DNA of 64,000 bases from contig CAJINV010000009.1 of the NCBI GenBank assembly GCA_905178155.1, positions 1,423,907 through 1,487,906 of the forward strand, in the 5' to 3' direction. Shown one piece after another: positions 24,701-35,781 of the stretch (within the stretch, counting starts at the first letter, position 1; every line of letters starts with the position of its first letter). The notes under the pieces were generated by a model. It saw only the letters and a list, made by a program, of their open reading frames with translations. It made no database searches and was not told where the DNA came from. The position numbers were made by a program, and so were the translations under genes. The DNA is from Amoebophrya sp. A120. Taxonomy: Eukaryota; Protista; Dinoflagellata.

Positions 24701-27700
24701 GGTCAAAGCGCGGGGGCGCAGCAGTTCCCACTCGCTGAACAATTTCCGAGTGCCTTCCCATGTTCCGTTCCCCGAAGTAAAGCCTCGCAGCACGGTGGTG
24801 CAAGTACGGATCCGCTTATGCGCGGTGGCAGAGATCCCCTCAGCAGGGCTTCGACGCGGGACGTCGGCACCTCCACGAACCCGAGCACGTTCACTTTGTC
24901 GAAGGAAGGCAGCAAGGAAGATCTTGATGGGTGTCTGTCGATCTTCGAAAACGTACCCAAGCAGTCCGGCGAACAACGCAGCTTGCTCGCTGCTGGTGCT
25001 GTTGACGCGGAGCTATACGCGAAAGAAGGCACAACCGGCGCAATGGATACTCTCAATGATGCCGTGGTTGCAGATTCGGATACCTTTGACGCGGATGAAG
25101 TACCACTTTCGGTGCAGCAACTCCTGTGGCAGAAGTCCGGGCACCTGGAAGACTCGCGGCAGCTCAAGGTGCCCAAAAGCTGCGAAGAGATGCACGAGAC
25201 CGGGTATCTGTATACGGGTGGGAAGGTGGCTCGACTCACGCCGGCCGACTGCCGGAGGCTGGCTTCGACGGTGCAGGGAGGGCAGGGCAGGAGAGTTTCG
25301 GGCGACTTGCTAAACATGCACGTGCAGGGAACGTACCGCGACGCAATAAAGCCCATCAGTACAACAGCGCGCCAGCAGGAGCAGGAGGAGCTCCATGGAC
25401 AACATGACGGCAATGGAGTTTGGCAGGGGGCGAGGCTCTCGCCAGGAGAGTCCGTTTTTGTACAGGTGTTCGAGAAGCTGGAGGGCACCTACAATGGGGT
25501 GTTGGATGCGCTCGATGCAGAGGAGCCATTCGATGTGGGCAAGCATTTGAGCGATCGAGATTTGGAGCGCATGGGCGAAAATATACGGACAGCGGTCAGT
25601 ACTGACGTAGGGTGGAGGCAGGAAGGAGATCTGGAAGAAGGACTGGACAATGGCGACATGCGCCAAAGTTTATTCTTGCCGCACCACAGTGCATCATCTT
25701 CATCGCCAACCGCGAGGCGGGGCAGTTCGTATCGCAACTTTCTGGCCGAGACCTCGATCTTAGAGCAAATTGAGGAGAGTGTGTCGGCGAAGGTTCTGGA
25801 CGAAAAGCAAGAGGCCGGTACGCTATTTCCGGACAGCGAGGAGGCCCTGCTTTTCACCGGAAAATGGGAGAAGGTGACTGAAAACACTGGCGCCGACAGC
25901 GATGAACAAGACGAAAGGCACCTCCACCGACCCGGCTCCACCTCTTCGCTTCGGCCTCTGTCGACCGCTTCGCCGGTTTTGGAGATTCTCGGGCACGAGA
26001 TCAGTCACCACGGATCTGTCACCTACAGTTACGATCTGCAAGATCCGGACTTCCTGCTCTCGCACGACCAGCACGCGGCCCTGGCGGCGACGGCGCGCGC
26101 CGAGGAACAGGCAAGTCGCTTTCTGCAGAGCACGAGCACCACGGCCGACTCCAATCTCCCGGGCGCGGATGCGCTTCGGCCGCGCGACGGGGGGACAGCT
26201 AATATTCCTCTCAGCCTACAGTTCAATTTTCTCCCGCCCGTCTCGCCGCGCCCTCCTGCCGAGTCTGCTACTAGTACCGTAGGTGCGTCGTCGTGGTCTA
26301 CACCTTTGATGTTACAACCGGGCCACCACGCTAGTACACCAAGAAATGCGTCATCTGGGGGCGGCTCCCGTAGTCACAAGACGAAATTCTCCTCCTGGCG
26401 CGCCGTGAAGAAGAGGCAAATCACGAAGAGGCACACTGACCTGCTTCGCAAGACCCCGCATGGCGTGCGGCGGGACCGACTCGCGAGTCAGACCAGTGGT
26501 CCGACCACACCGGCCTTTGGGACCAGTGGCGGCTCGGTGGCCCAGGAGGAGGCGCAGTGCTTTGTCGTGGACGAGCAAGACGAAGGGAGCCGCCAGCTGC
26601 TGAATGAACCGATCCTGCAGCAGATTCTGCAGTTCCAGCCCGGAACTTTTTCTTTATCTTCCCCGATCGACCAATATTTTGAGGAAAATGTGATTCTCGA
26701 CTCCAGGCCTGAGTACCAGTTGCACCCGGCCGGGCTGCGGTTGATTATGTGGCAGCGCTCGCCGAGTGCCCGCCGTGGGGGGACGGCGCTGGTCATGAGC
26801 ATGCGTTTGCTGCGCGCCGTCGCGGAAGGGGGCGGTGGAGCCGGGTCGCCGGCACAGCGCTGGGCGGAGTCGGACTGGAACTACATGATTCGCACGCGGG
26901 AACGGCAGGCCCATCCCGTCCTCTCCGGCGCACAGAGCACGGCGCATTTTCCCGGGTCGCCTCCCTCCGAAATCACCTCGACCACCCTGTACCGTCGGTT
27001 GACCCCTCGGCTCAAATTTCTGCCCTCGCCGGACGAACGACGGAGGAGGAAGACGCGAAGTTTACTACTTGATTATTGAAAGGAAAAATCCCCCCTCCCC
27101 ATATTGAAAAGGTATGTCTCCGAAAATTTGTGTTGCTGATTTGAGGCCACAAATCACATTTGTCGCGCAAGAAGGCGACCCTACTGTCTCCGCCGCACTA
27201 TGCGCGCGGTTTGTGATGCTGCCTGGCCTACAGCATAGGCATTTGTGATGCTAAGCGTCCACGTCAGAAGCTCTGTACTCAGGCACGGCGCATGCCTTCA
27301 GTCCTGCACTGCAAGACAGCCCTGATTTGTGTACGGAAATCCAGCATCAGAAACTTCGTTTTGATATGGGGAGGGGGGATTTTTCCTCACAATATTGATG
27401 GCACGCAAGAACGCGGCCAACAGCAGGCCGCAGAGTTGTCCTATTTTCAGCTCAACGAACTGCTCTCGGTGTACGAGCTGTCGGGCGTCTGGCAGCGCGT
27501 GGTGCCAGGCTCCTCGCTCTCTGCGGAGGAACAGCGTGCAAAAGACAACGGCGCGCCACGAAGAGAGGAGCAGAATCGACGAAATAACCGTTTTAGTTCC
27601 GGTTCGTTTCGCATATTTGGCACCCGCATTGTCCCGCTAAATCGGGAATCCGAAGTGCAAATTGTAGGAGATGCTGGGCGAGGCGCGGCGAACACGAGGC

Positions 27701-28086
27701 GCTCATCTTTCGCGGCAGTCGGCCAGGCGAAGGCTGTGGACAAGCTTCGTGGCGAGGCGTGCGCGCCGCGTAGCAGTTCTTCGAGTACTGGCGGAGCTGT
27801 CTTGCAGTTCTTTCCCGTTCTGTCGGATTCTGCTCTTTCGCAAGCGCCTGCACAGCGTCGAAATCGACCCGCGGCAGCAGAGCCGCGAACGCGGTACGAA
27901 ATTTACCTGACGGCATCCGAAGACCAAATTGACCGGGGGCTAGAGGGGGAAAGTGGTGACGTTCATCTGGGCGAGGAGAGGCATACGATCCGGGTGCCTA
28001 TTTGGTACTCTCCGATGACGCCGACCTTCATGTTTGTGGGAGGGACGCTCTTCATGCGTGAAACACCGACGCTAATGCTTGCGTGA
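21764..28086 (+). CDS. ~2,000-aa Ser-rich low-complexity protein with signal-like N-terminus and 1-2 hydrophobic segments; exons 21764-27073, 27400-28086
   Basis: 1771-aa ORF joins ORF 27292..28086 in frame (SLLLD|GTQERGQQ) after removal of 27074-27399. Confidence 0.8.
27074..27394. mobile_element. Introner-like element (TAT...ATA ends, 5-bp TSD TTGAT) forming a 326-nt non-canonical intron
   Basis: IR TATTGAAAGGAAAAATCCCCCCTCCCCATAT / ATATGGGGAGGGGGGATTTTTCCTCACAATA; TTGAT at 27069-27073 and 27395-27399. Confidence 0.9.
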
Positions 28087-28614
28087 ACGGGGAAGCAACG
28101 ACAAAATGACTAGCAGTTCAAAAAAATGTGCTGCGCTGAAAAATGTACTGCGCTCTACGCAGGAATAAAGATCCAGCACTCCAGCAGGGAGATTATTGCA
28201 AAGCGAGAAAATGAAGAGCGCTAGTACACTGAGAAATGAAGAGAACACGACTAGCACACTAGAAAATGAAGTACACTACTAGTACACAATCTCAAATGTA
28301 TGATCAGTCACTACACACGACTCAAGCACGATGAGACTGTGCTAATTATACACAAATAGGCTTTATTGGTTGAGAGGTTGCAGCACGGGTGCAGATACGA
28401 AATCGAAACAATGTGCGCCCGGCTCGTGGAACAAACAAGGCAGACCAAAGCAGGCACGCCGTATCAAAATCCTCTCGTTTATGATCTGTAGCTTTTAGAC
28501 ATGAAGATTAGTTGTGTGACGTCAAAGGAGTCGTGGGCGTTCATCCTCGAGCCTATTCGCGGAGTAGGTGACATCTGCGGAAGCACTTATCAGCTGTAAT
28601 TAACAAAGGCCTCT

Positions 28615-28899
28615 TATCCTGAGTAAAAACGTACCCACGCCAGAGTTGTAATGCAGATTTGCAAAGACAGCGACAGGAAGACTCGTACTGCGCATCCCCA
28701 TGAGGGCCATTTCCAGTCGTGTTTTGGAATTTGTGATGCTGTGAACAGGATGAGCAGATGAATCTGTGATGCGGCTGCACTTGCTAACCTGCACTACACT
28801 GCAGAGTGCAACTTGTCATGCGTGACTCACAAAACTCCTAGGATTGTGTTGCAAAATCCTCATCCTGACTCTGGTGTGGGTACGTTTTTCCTCAGGATA
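28615..28899. mobile_element. 285-bp MITE/introner-like element (TAT...ATA ends, 5-bp TSD CCTCT)
   Basis: IR TATCCTGAGTAAAAACGTACCCACGCCAGAGT / ACTCTGGTGTGGGTACGTTTTTCCTCAGGATA; CCTCT at 28610-28614 and 28900-28904. Confidence 0.9.
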
Positions 28900-29070
28900 C
28901 CTCTGCCTCTCCAAGTACACTAGAAAGTTGGGCCCCGTGGTGCCGGTTTCTCGGCGCGATGCGTTTTCGCATCGTTGTGAGAACAGACGTTGACGCTCCG
29001 TACTACTTACTAAACAGTGAACGCAAGAGACGCGATGAAGTTAGTATCACTGTGATTTCGTTGCCGATAA

Positions 29071-32000
29071 GTGAAGGCATTCGAAGCGGAGCGATGCACC
29101 CACTGCAAGGCGAATGATCGCTCGACCAAAGACTGGGGAAGCCTATACCTAAAGACCCCTGCATTATTTTCAATAAGAAGAAAAAGGGCGCAGGCAAACG
29201 GTGAGCGACTTGTGACGCGCCCAGTTTCGAAAACATCTCCCGACATACTAGTATATGAGTCGAGATATTTTAGTCACGAAAACACGACGGCAGTGAAAAT
29301 GAAAGCAAGTGACCACAGCCTGCTAAAGACAACGATAAAAGTCACAGATAACTTCCTCGAGTTGCATGATTTTGAAACAGAGCCACCGATACTTATAGAG
29401 AATCAAAACAGAGTGATTTTCAAGGTGAAAGAGACCACGGACAAGGAATGGGAAAGGTTCACACGAGAAGTAGCGAAGTTGTTTCGAAAGGTGAACATAG
29501 GAGATGAGACAGACGAAACAAAAATAGTCGACTATTGGACGGAGGGGATTCTTCGCCGCGAGGACTGGGTGCCGGGGCAGGAGATCTCGACGAAGAAAGC
29601 AGATGGGCTCTTGATAAAAATGCGAAACATCTTCAAACAGGTCGGGAGACGTACGCTGAAGTTCAAGCATGAGAAGAAAAGGAAGAAAGACAAGAAGAAC
29701 AAGGAGGAGCAAAACATGAACAAGCAAGACGTAGATGAGAAAAATCACAACGAAGAGAAGGCCAGCCGAGAAGAAAAGCACGGAGACGAGCAGGAAGACG
29801 TAAGCGCATCCCCCCCAGAGATAGACTGGGATGGGATCATCAAGAGAAAAGGCAAAAGCAAGTGGAGCACAGGCTTCCCCAAAATGATGGTGAAGAGCGA
29901 CGAAGCGACAGGAGTAAAGTATCTCAAGAGGGCGACGGGGGTCGAAGCCAAGGACCTGAGCGAGGCCAACAAGGAACTAAAGGCGCGAAAAGTAAACATA
30001 CCCCCCCTAGAAGACGAGTGCACGCGGGCGCCGGCGGAGATATGCAGGATAATAAAGAACTTCTTCAGAGAAAAACCGTTCAAAGTTTACGAAGAATTTG
30101 CAACGCGTCCGAGCTCGAAAGACGAAGTCGCGCAGGCGTGGGGAAAAGCGGAAGCCGACTACAGGACAGCGCAGGCAGAGGCGAAAGAGGAAGGAGGCGC
30201 GACGTGGTCGCTCTCATACCAAGAAGTGGAGGCAGCAATAAGAAAGTTGGAACCAGGTCGCACGCCCGGTTTTTGCATGACAACGCATGAAATGATCAGG
30301 CATGCAGGGCCAAATATGAGATGGGCAATATTTCAATGCATGGCGGCGTATGTGAAGGACGGAACGTATCCGAAGATGGGAAGGCAAATATCGATGGCAG
30401 CAGTGCCAAAAGTTTCCGGAGGTTGCTACATAGAGTCCCTCATGCGACCGGTGAGCCTTTGCTCCGTTTTCAGCAAGCTCCTAGACAACGTGCTGGACAC
30501 ACAGACGACAGCCCCTCTTCCTAGACGGGTGGAAATGGGAGGGGGCGACCCTCCTCGGAAGAAGCAAAGCGGTCCAGCCGGAGTTCTCCAACGCGTGCAG
30601 GCAGTCACACGGTAAGGAGTTTTCGACGGTCGTCATCGTAGATGGCATTTTCAGGCAGGCGCACTGCTCAGTCATCCTGAATGACTGCTGTTCGGGTTTT
30701 GATATTGTTTGTCATGTAGAAGCCCTAGGGCAGCTGGAGTATAAGCTCTGCCCACCACAGCAGCGAGCATCGGTAGCAGGTTTCCTGAAAATGAGGAAGA
30801 TAAAGCTACCAGGAGGAAAAGAGTACAGCCTGTGGGTCGGCAAGCCGCAAGGATCACCGTTGAGCGGCTCGGTGTGGAACGGATACACAATAGAATTAAT
30901 AGTAGACCTAGTTGCCCTAGACGTTGTGAAGGCGCTGAGTGCGTACAGCGACGACATCACCGCAGTAGTGGTCGAGAAAGACGAGTCCGAGAACATCCCC
31001 GAGAAGATGCGACAGCTAGGCCTGAAAAGAAAAATCTTCTTCGACGCGAACAAGCACAAGCGGATCACATTCAACGCGAAGCGGCCACCAGCTAAGTCAT
31101 GCACAGGGGTGGGGAAGTCTCTCGGCGTCACGTACGACGGGACATACTCCTTCACCTCGCAAGCGGATCAAGTCCTGAAAAAAGTAGGAAAAGAGTTTGC
31201 ATTTTTGCAAACAGAAAAAGGATGGAGCAAAAAACAGAACAAGATGCTCATCGAATCTTTTGCATACCCAGCAGTGACCTCAGTCTCAGTAGTAACATTT
31301 CCATACTTCACGCAGACAGCGAAGAAAGAAATCGCAAAAGAGTTCTCGACGAAAATAAAACAACGACTAGGCATTCCGAGGCACTGCAGCAATTCGGTCA
31401 TGTATAACGCCACAGGGCTGCCGCACCCAGTAGACAGTCTGCTAGTTGAAGCATTAATGACTTTCTACAAGGGGGCCGCGCTCAGTATCTGGCCCTTCCA
31501 CCAGGAGGAGGAAGAGGTGCCAGATTTCAGGCCAAGCAAAGAACTAGAGCGAGCAGCAGGCTCGCAACCCCATCCCCCCACACAGGTACAAGCCCCGCCG
31601 GAGGAGGCCGCGCAGCCGGCGGCAGCTGTCTCGCACGGCGAATCGCAGGCAAGCGCGGACATCCCCCCCCCCCGACGACATCCCGGGCGACGATGCAGTT
31701 GCTGCTCTGCGTGACCCAGTTGCAGCGACAGTAATAAGAGACAATCCCCTATGGGCCCACTGCGACGAAGCATGGACAAGCAGAATGAACCGAATAGCAC
31801 TAAGCCAAGAATTCCAACCCATAGCAGCAAGCGCCGCCAATCTGCAAGTAGGGCGGCAGTTCTGGCGCGGCGTGAACAGGATCCAAGTCTTCCCAATGAG
31901 CAAAATAGCGAGCAGGTTCCGTCTACGTGATCCCGCGGACATCAAGAAGCACAAAATGAAGAACAACACGAGGCGCATGATCTCGCGCCTGATAGAGAAG

Positions 32001-33158
32001 GAGGCCAGGCGGCACCTTACGCACGCGGACACGATGGCGACTTTCACGGACGGAGGAGCAAAAGGCGAGCGGGGAAGTGGCGGGGGAGCAACATGGCACA
32101 AAGTCCTCCCGTCGGCGCCGAAGCCTGCGCCAGTAGTAGCCAGCTTCTGCGGAGTAGAAGCAAAAATCCACTACGAACTAGAAATCAACCCGGACTCCTT
32201 CGACGGCGAGTGCTTCGGCTTGAAGCATCAGATTAATGAAATACTAGAGAAAATACCTGCAGCAGTACTGAAATCCATCAAGCGGCACGTCTTCTACATT
32301 GACTCCAGCGGGCTGGTGATGGCGATAGAAGCACTGCGGGACAAATCCAATGTCATGGTGATTGACATTGTGCGAGCACTTGAAAGACTAGAAGAGGCAT
32401 CAGCGCCAGGAGTTGAAATTATTTTCAACTGGTGCCCGTCGCACCTAGGGTGCTACTTCAACGACTTTGCAGATGCGATGGCAACAAGAGGCCTGAAGTA
32501 CGTAGGAGACTCGTCGCAGGGACGTAAAACCTTTGAAAAAGTCATAACCGAGAAGCTGCTAAGAAGGATGATCAGTCAGATCGTCTACAGCTGCCCCAGA
32601 GGCTATAGCAGCACCCACCCCGCCTTACTACGCAGGTCCGAAAAGCTCGGACAGTACCAAAGCGACGAAAAGCGCCCTCGCTTCATCGACAACGTCATGG
32701 CTCTAGTTTGGCTAGGGGTGGGAAATCAGGGGCAGCTAGGAATGGGCAAGACAGTTCATGACGCTAAAAAACCCGAAGCAAGTTATATGCAGTGTCCTAT
32801 CTGCAAGAAAAAAGCGACCCCGACTACAGATCGCGCACTGTTTGAGTGTGAAGACGTGCAACTAGTGCAATTGCGCAAAGAGTGTCTAGGCTGGCCACGA
32901 CAGATGTCGTGCGAAAATCGCAGAAGTTACCTACAGGAGCGGAAAAACGTGAAGAACATTCTGAACTACTACGAAGCGGCATCGCAAAAACACGCGGGAA
33001 TTCTTCCCACGGGGCTAGCCAACGCGATCCGGGCCGGGCAAGAGAAATTCAACGCGGCGGAGTTCCAAGACCTGCAGGAGTGGCAACCGGAAAAAGCACA
33101 GACGAAAGTGCACGAGCGAGACCTAGAAAAAATTGCGAAGTGGATCGGCGACCTGTAG
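29071..33158 (+). pseudogene. LINE pol polyprotein in three frames (frameshifts at ~30500 and at the C-run 31663-31673)
   Basis: ORFs 29071..30615, 30791..31714 and 31785..33158 are colinear pol parts. The second and third frames stay open back to the ACACAC and poly-C sites. Confidence 0.85.
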
Positions 33159-33720
33159 CGCGACGGCGACAGCTGCATGAGAAACAGCAGAAAAAGCGGC
33201 ACGGCGCAGCTTCTTCCCTTCCTGTTGATTGGCGCGGCGCCAATCAACGGACGAAAAAACCACAGCCCCGACCACCCCCAGAGCCTGTCTTCTACGGCGC
33301 AATTTTGCCACCGAACCAAACCGCAGGGCAGTACCACGAGGCGAAGCAGAAATCCCCACCCTCCCCCCCACAGTCTGGCCATGGCGGTAAGAGATACCCC
33401 AGGCGGTAGGGCAAGTGTGGGGCGTTAGTGCGGGAGGAGCGGAACCACACACAGTGCGTCCCCTGGGCTCTCCGGAGCCGGAAGTCAGGCAACGTGGGTG
33501 CGCCAAGTGGGAGGTGGGGAGGCCGAGCAGCCAGACGGAGACAAAGAAGCGTGAGATGATGTTGAGGCGCGTGTTGAGGTGCTAACATAGCTAAAGGCAC
33601 CAAGCTGCAGTGCATAGTTAAACAGAACAAGTAGCGCAAAAAGCTGTCCCTACTGAGCTCGATCGCGAGTTCAAGGCGCGGAGGGCATCAGAGGAGAGCA
33701 GTATACTAAACAGCGGCTGT
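29071..33720 (+). mobile_element. Non-LTR retrotransposon (APE endonuclease - RT - RNase H architecture, as in I/Ingi-group LINEs), 5' degenerate; ends approximate
   Basis: APE C-terminal motifs TRPVSKTSPD...SDHSLL; RT motifs RPVSLCSVFSKLL, ND..SGFDIV.H, PQGSPLS, YSDD; RNase H motifs FTDGG, E, IDS, WCPSH.G...NDFAD; C-terminal CPIC. Confidence 0.9.
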
Positions 33721-35781
33721 TTGGGACCGGCGCGGTGGATGATCATTTTCGTCCCATTTTCTGCCGGATTTCTTTAGTTTAAGATCCGTCGACGGCCGCC
33801 TCTGTTTGGTCGTCGATCGATCCCTTGGAAGGACCTAAATTTTCACAATTTTGAAAATTTTCAAACAAAAAGTCATCCTTTTTGTGTTCCGAAGTCGTCG
33901 CTTCCGCCCCTGTTAAGGTTTTGGCGGTCAGTGTGTTCCGCAAATGCAGCAGTCGCGGTCGTTAAGTATTATAATGCGTTTTCGAAGTAAAATAGATAGG
34001 ATTTGTGATGCAGAATCTGTCGATCCGCATCACAATATGGACTCGACAGCGACGGCATGGCCGTCCGCACTTTTTCGTGCTAGTGTTCTCCCCCATGCTA
34101 TGCCGATGATGATGCTTGTGTTCGTCCGCGCATCTCCTAGCTATTTCGAGGTCGTATCGTCGTGTTTTCTTCGTGTGTGTTCAACGCCGACATCGGGGAC
34201 CGCTAGCAGCGACCACCGAGTGTGCAAGCCGGGCGCCCCGGATTGGATTGTATCAAAAAAAAAATGGAGACAACTATCGATAACTAAACTAGACAACCCA
34301 AGAGGTGACGTGCATGCGAAACAGGTGGTACTAAGTGCATCGCGTTCTCCATGCATCTCGTGACTCGATTGCGACATTATATTTAAACAAGAAAAAGCAA
34401 AGTGATTAGTACTGCCAGCTCCGCAACCTTTTTGGAGCACGTGGTCGCAATAGTTGGGTCGCATGTCAAAAAAAATGTTGTTGTCATGCGCTTTTGCATG
34501 TTGTCTAAGTCTTTTCGATAGTCGTCTCATGATTAACCACGGGCATAAAGCGGCCGCACCGAAAGCCGTCGTTTCCAGAAGATCGTCTTGAACTACACCC
34601 GATCGCGTCGTACTGCATCCAGGAACAGCCATCGGAGTCGTTGCGGAGCCGGCGATGCATAACGGAGACGCAGGTATGGTCATCGGAATCGGAGGAACAT
34701 ATCGACGAAAAGTATGATACTAATGATTGAAAGCTAGCTACACACGAAGTAGCTTCGCTGCTTCGTATATTCTTTTTGGTCTGTAGTTGCAAAGTGTTTA
34801 GGTCAAATGCAAATAGAAAACTGCCATCTTGCCTCCGAAAAAAGTAATGCGATTTTAGTGCACCACGTGATGAGAAAGCGTACGACTTCCCTACTAAGCT
34901 CGGACGCATCAAGCGTCTAGGCAAGTGGGATACCCACGAACTGACAATATAAGTCTGATGCTTTTTTCCTTCTTTCACAAAACCAAAGCAGGACGACCGC
35001 CGCTACGACGAATGTCTTCGTGTCGCATCTATCGCAGTCAAAACGCGGGCGAAGGCCTTGAGAAGAGTGTTTTGCACGTGGTCGTGTGCAACAGTAGCTG
35101 ATGAGAAAGAAAATGCAAAGTCGAATTGTAAGTTTTTGCCCGAGTGTAAGTGTTTAGCAGCGTCAATCTGACTACCCTGGGAAGCATTCATCTTAGATGT
35201 ACAAGCACCGCCAAGGATGAGAAATCTAATGAATGCGAAGGCGAACTCGAAGTAGTTCGGGACCGCTGCCGAAAACAGCAAAAATCCGGATGAAACTCTG
35301 AGGCGTTTTTTCCATCGAAGTGTTCTTACTTTTCTGTTTTCGTGTCGCAAGAGCGGGCGTGTACATCGAGTGAAAAGGGTCGAGCATTAGGTCGGTGCTT
35401 TTTTTTGCTTTTGTTTTTGCTTATGTACTAGTTTATAGCTCAAACAAGCGTACTACCGTTCGCATTTGTTGCATTTGCAGGAAGAAGAGCGGAAAGTCAC
35501 TTCTGCGAGGGAATGAGTACGTTTTTCAACGCACTTCGTGCGATAATACTAACGGGGAAGATGAGAGTGTTTTTCGTGTAGGTTTCGAGCAGATAAAGCA
35601 GTACAAGAGCGAAGGAGCGGATGGACAATGGAAGAAGAAGTCGAGACGCAACGCAGGAGAAGATGCGAAGCACAATATTTTCTAAAATACTAGCAGCTTC
35701 CCCCCTGGTTGTAACATCAACATACCGCCGCGGTTTGTTGATCTAACATCTGCGTCGTAGTATCCCCGCAGGTTTTACAAG

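Noticed and set aside
28491-28500. Possible LINE TSD (CTTTTAGAC vs CTTTTACAC at 49323)
   Set aside because: Short, imperfect and low-complexity; the LINE 5' end is undefined.
33944-35700. Short ORFs on both strands near the left end of the giant element
   Set aside because: Could hide 5' exons of the transposase, but I could not build a consistent exon chain.
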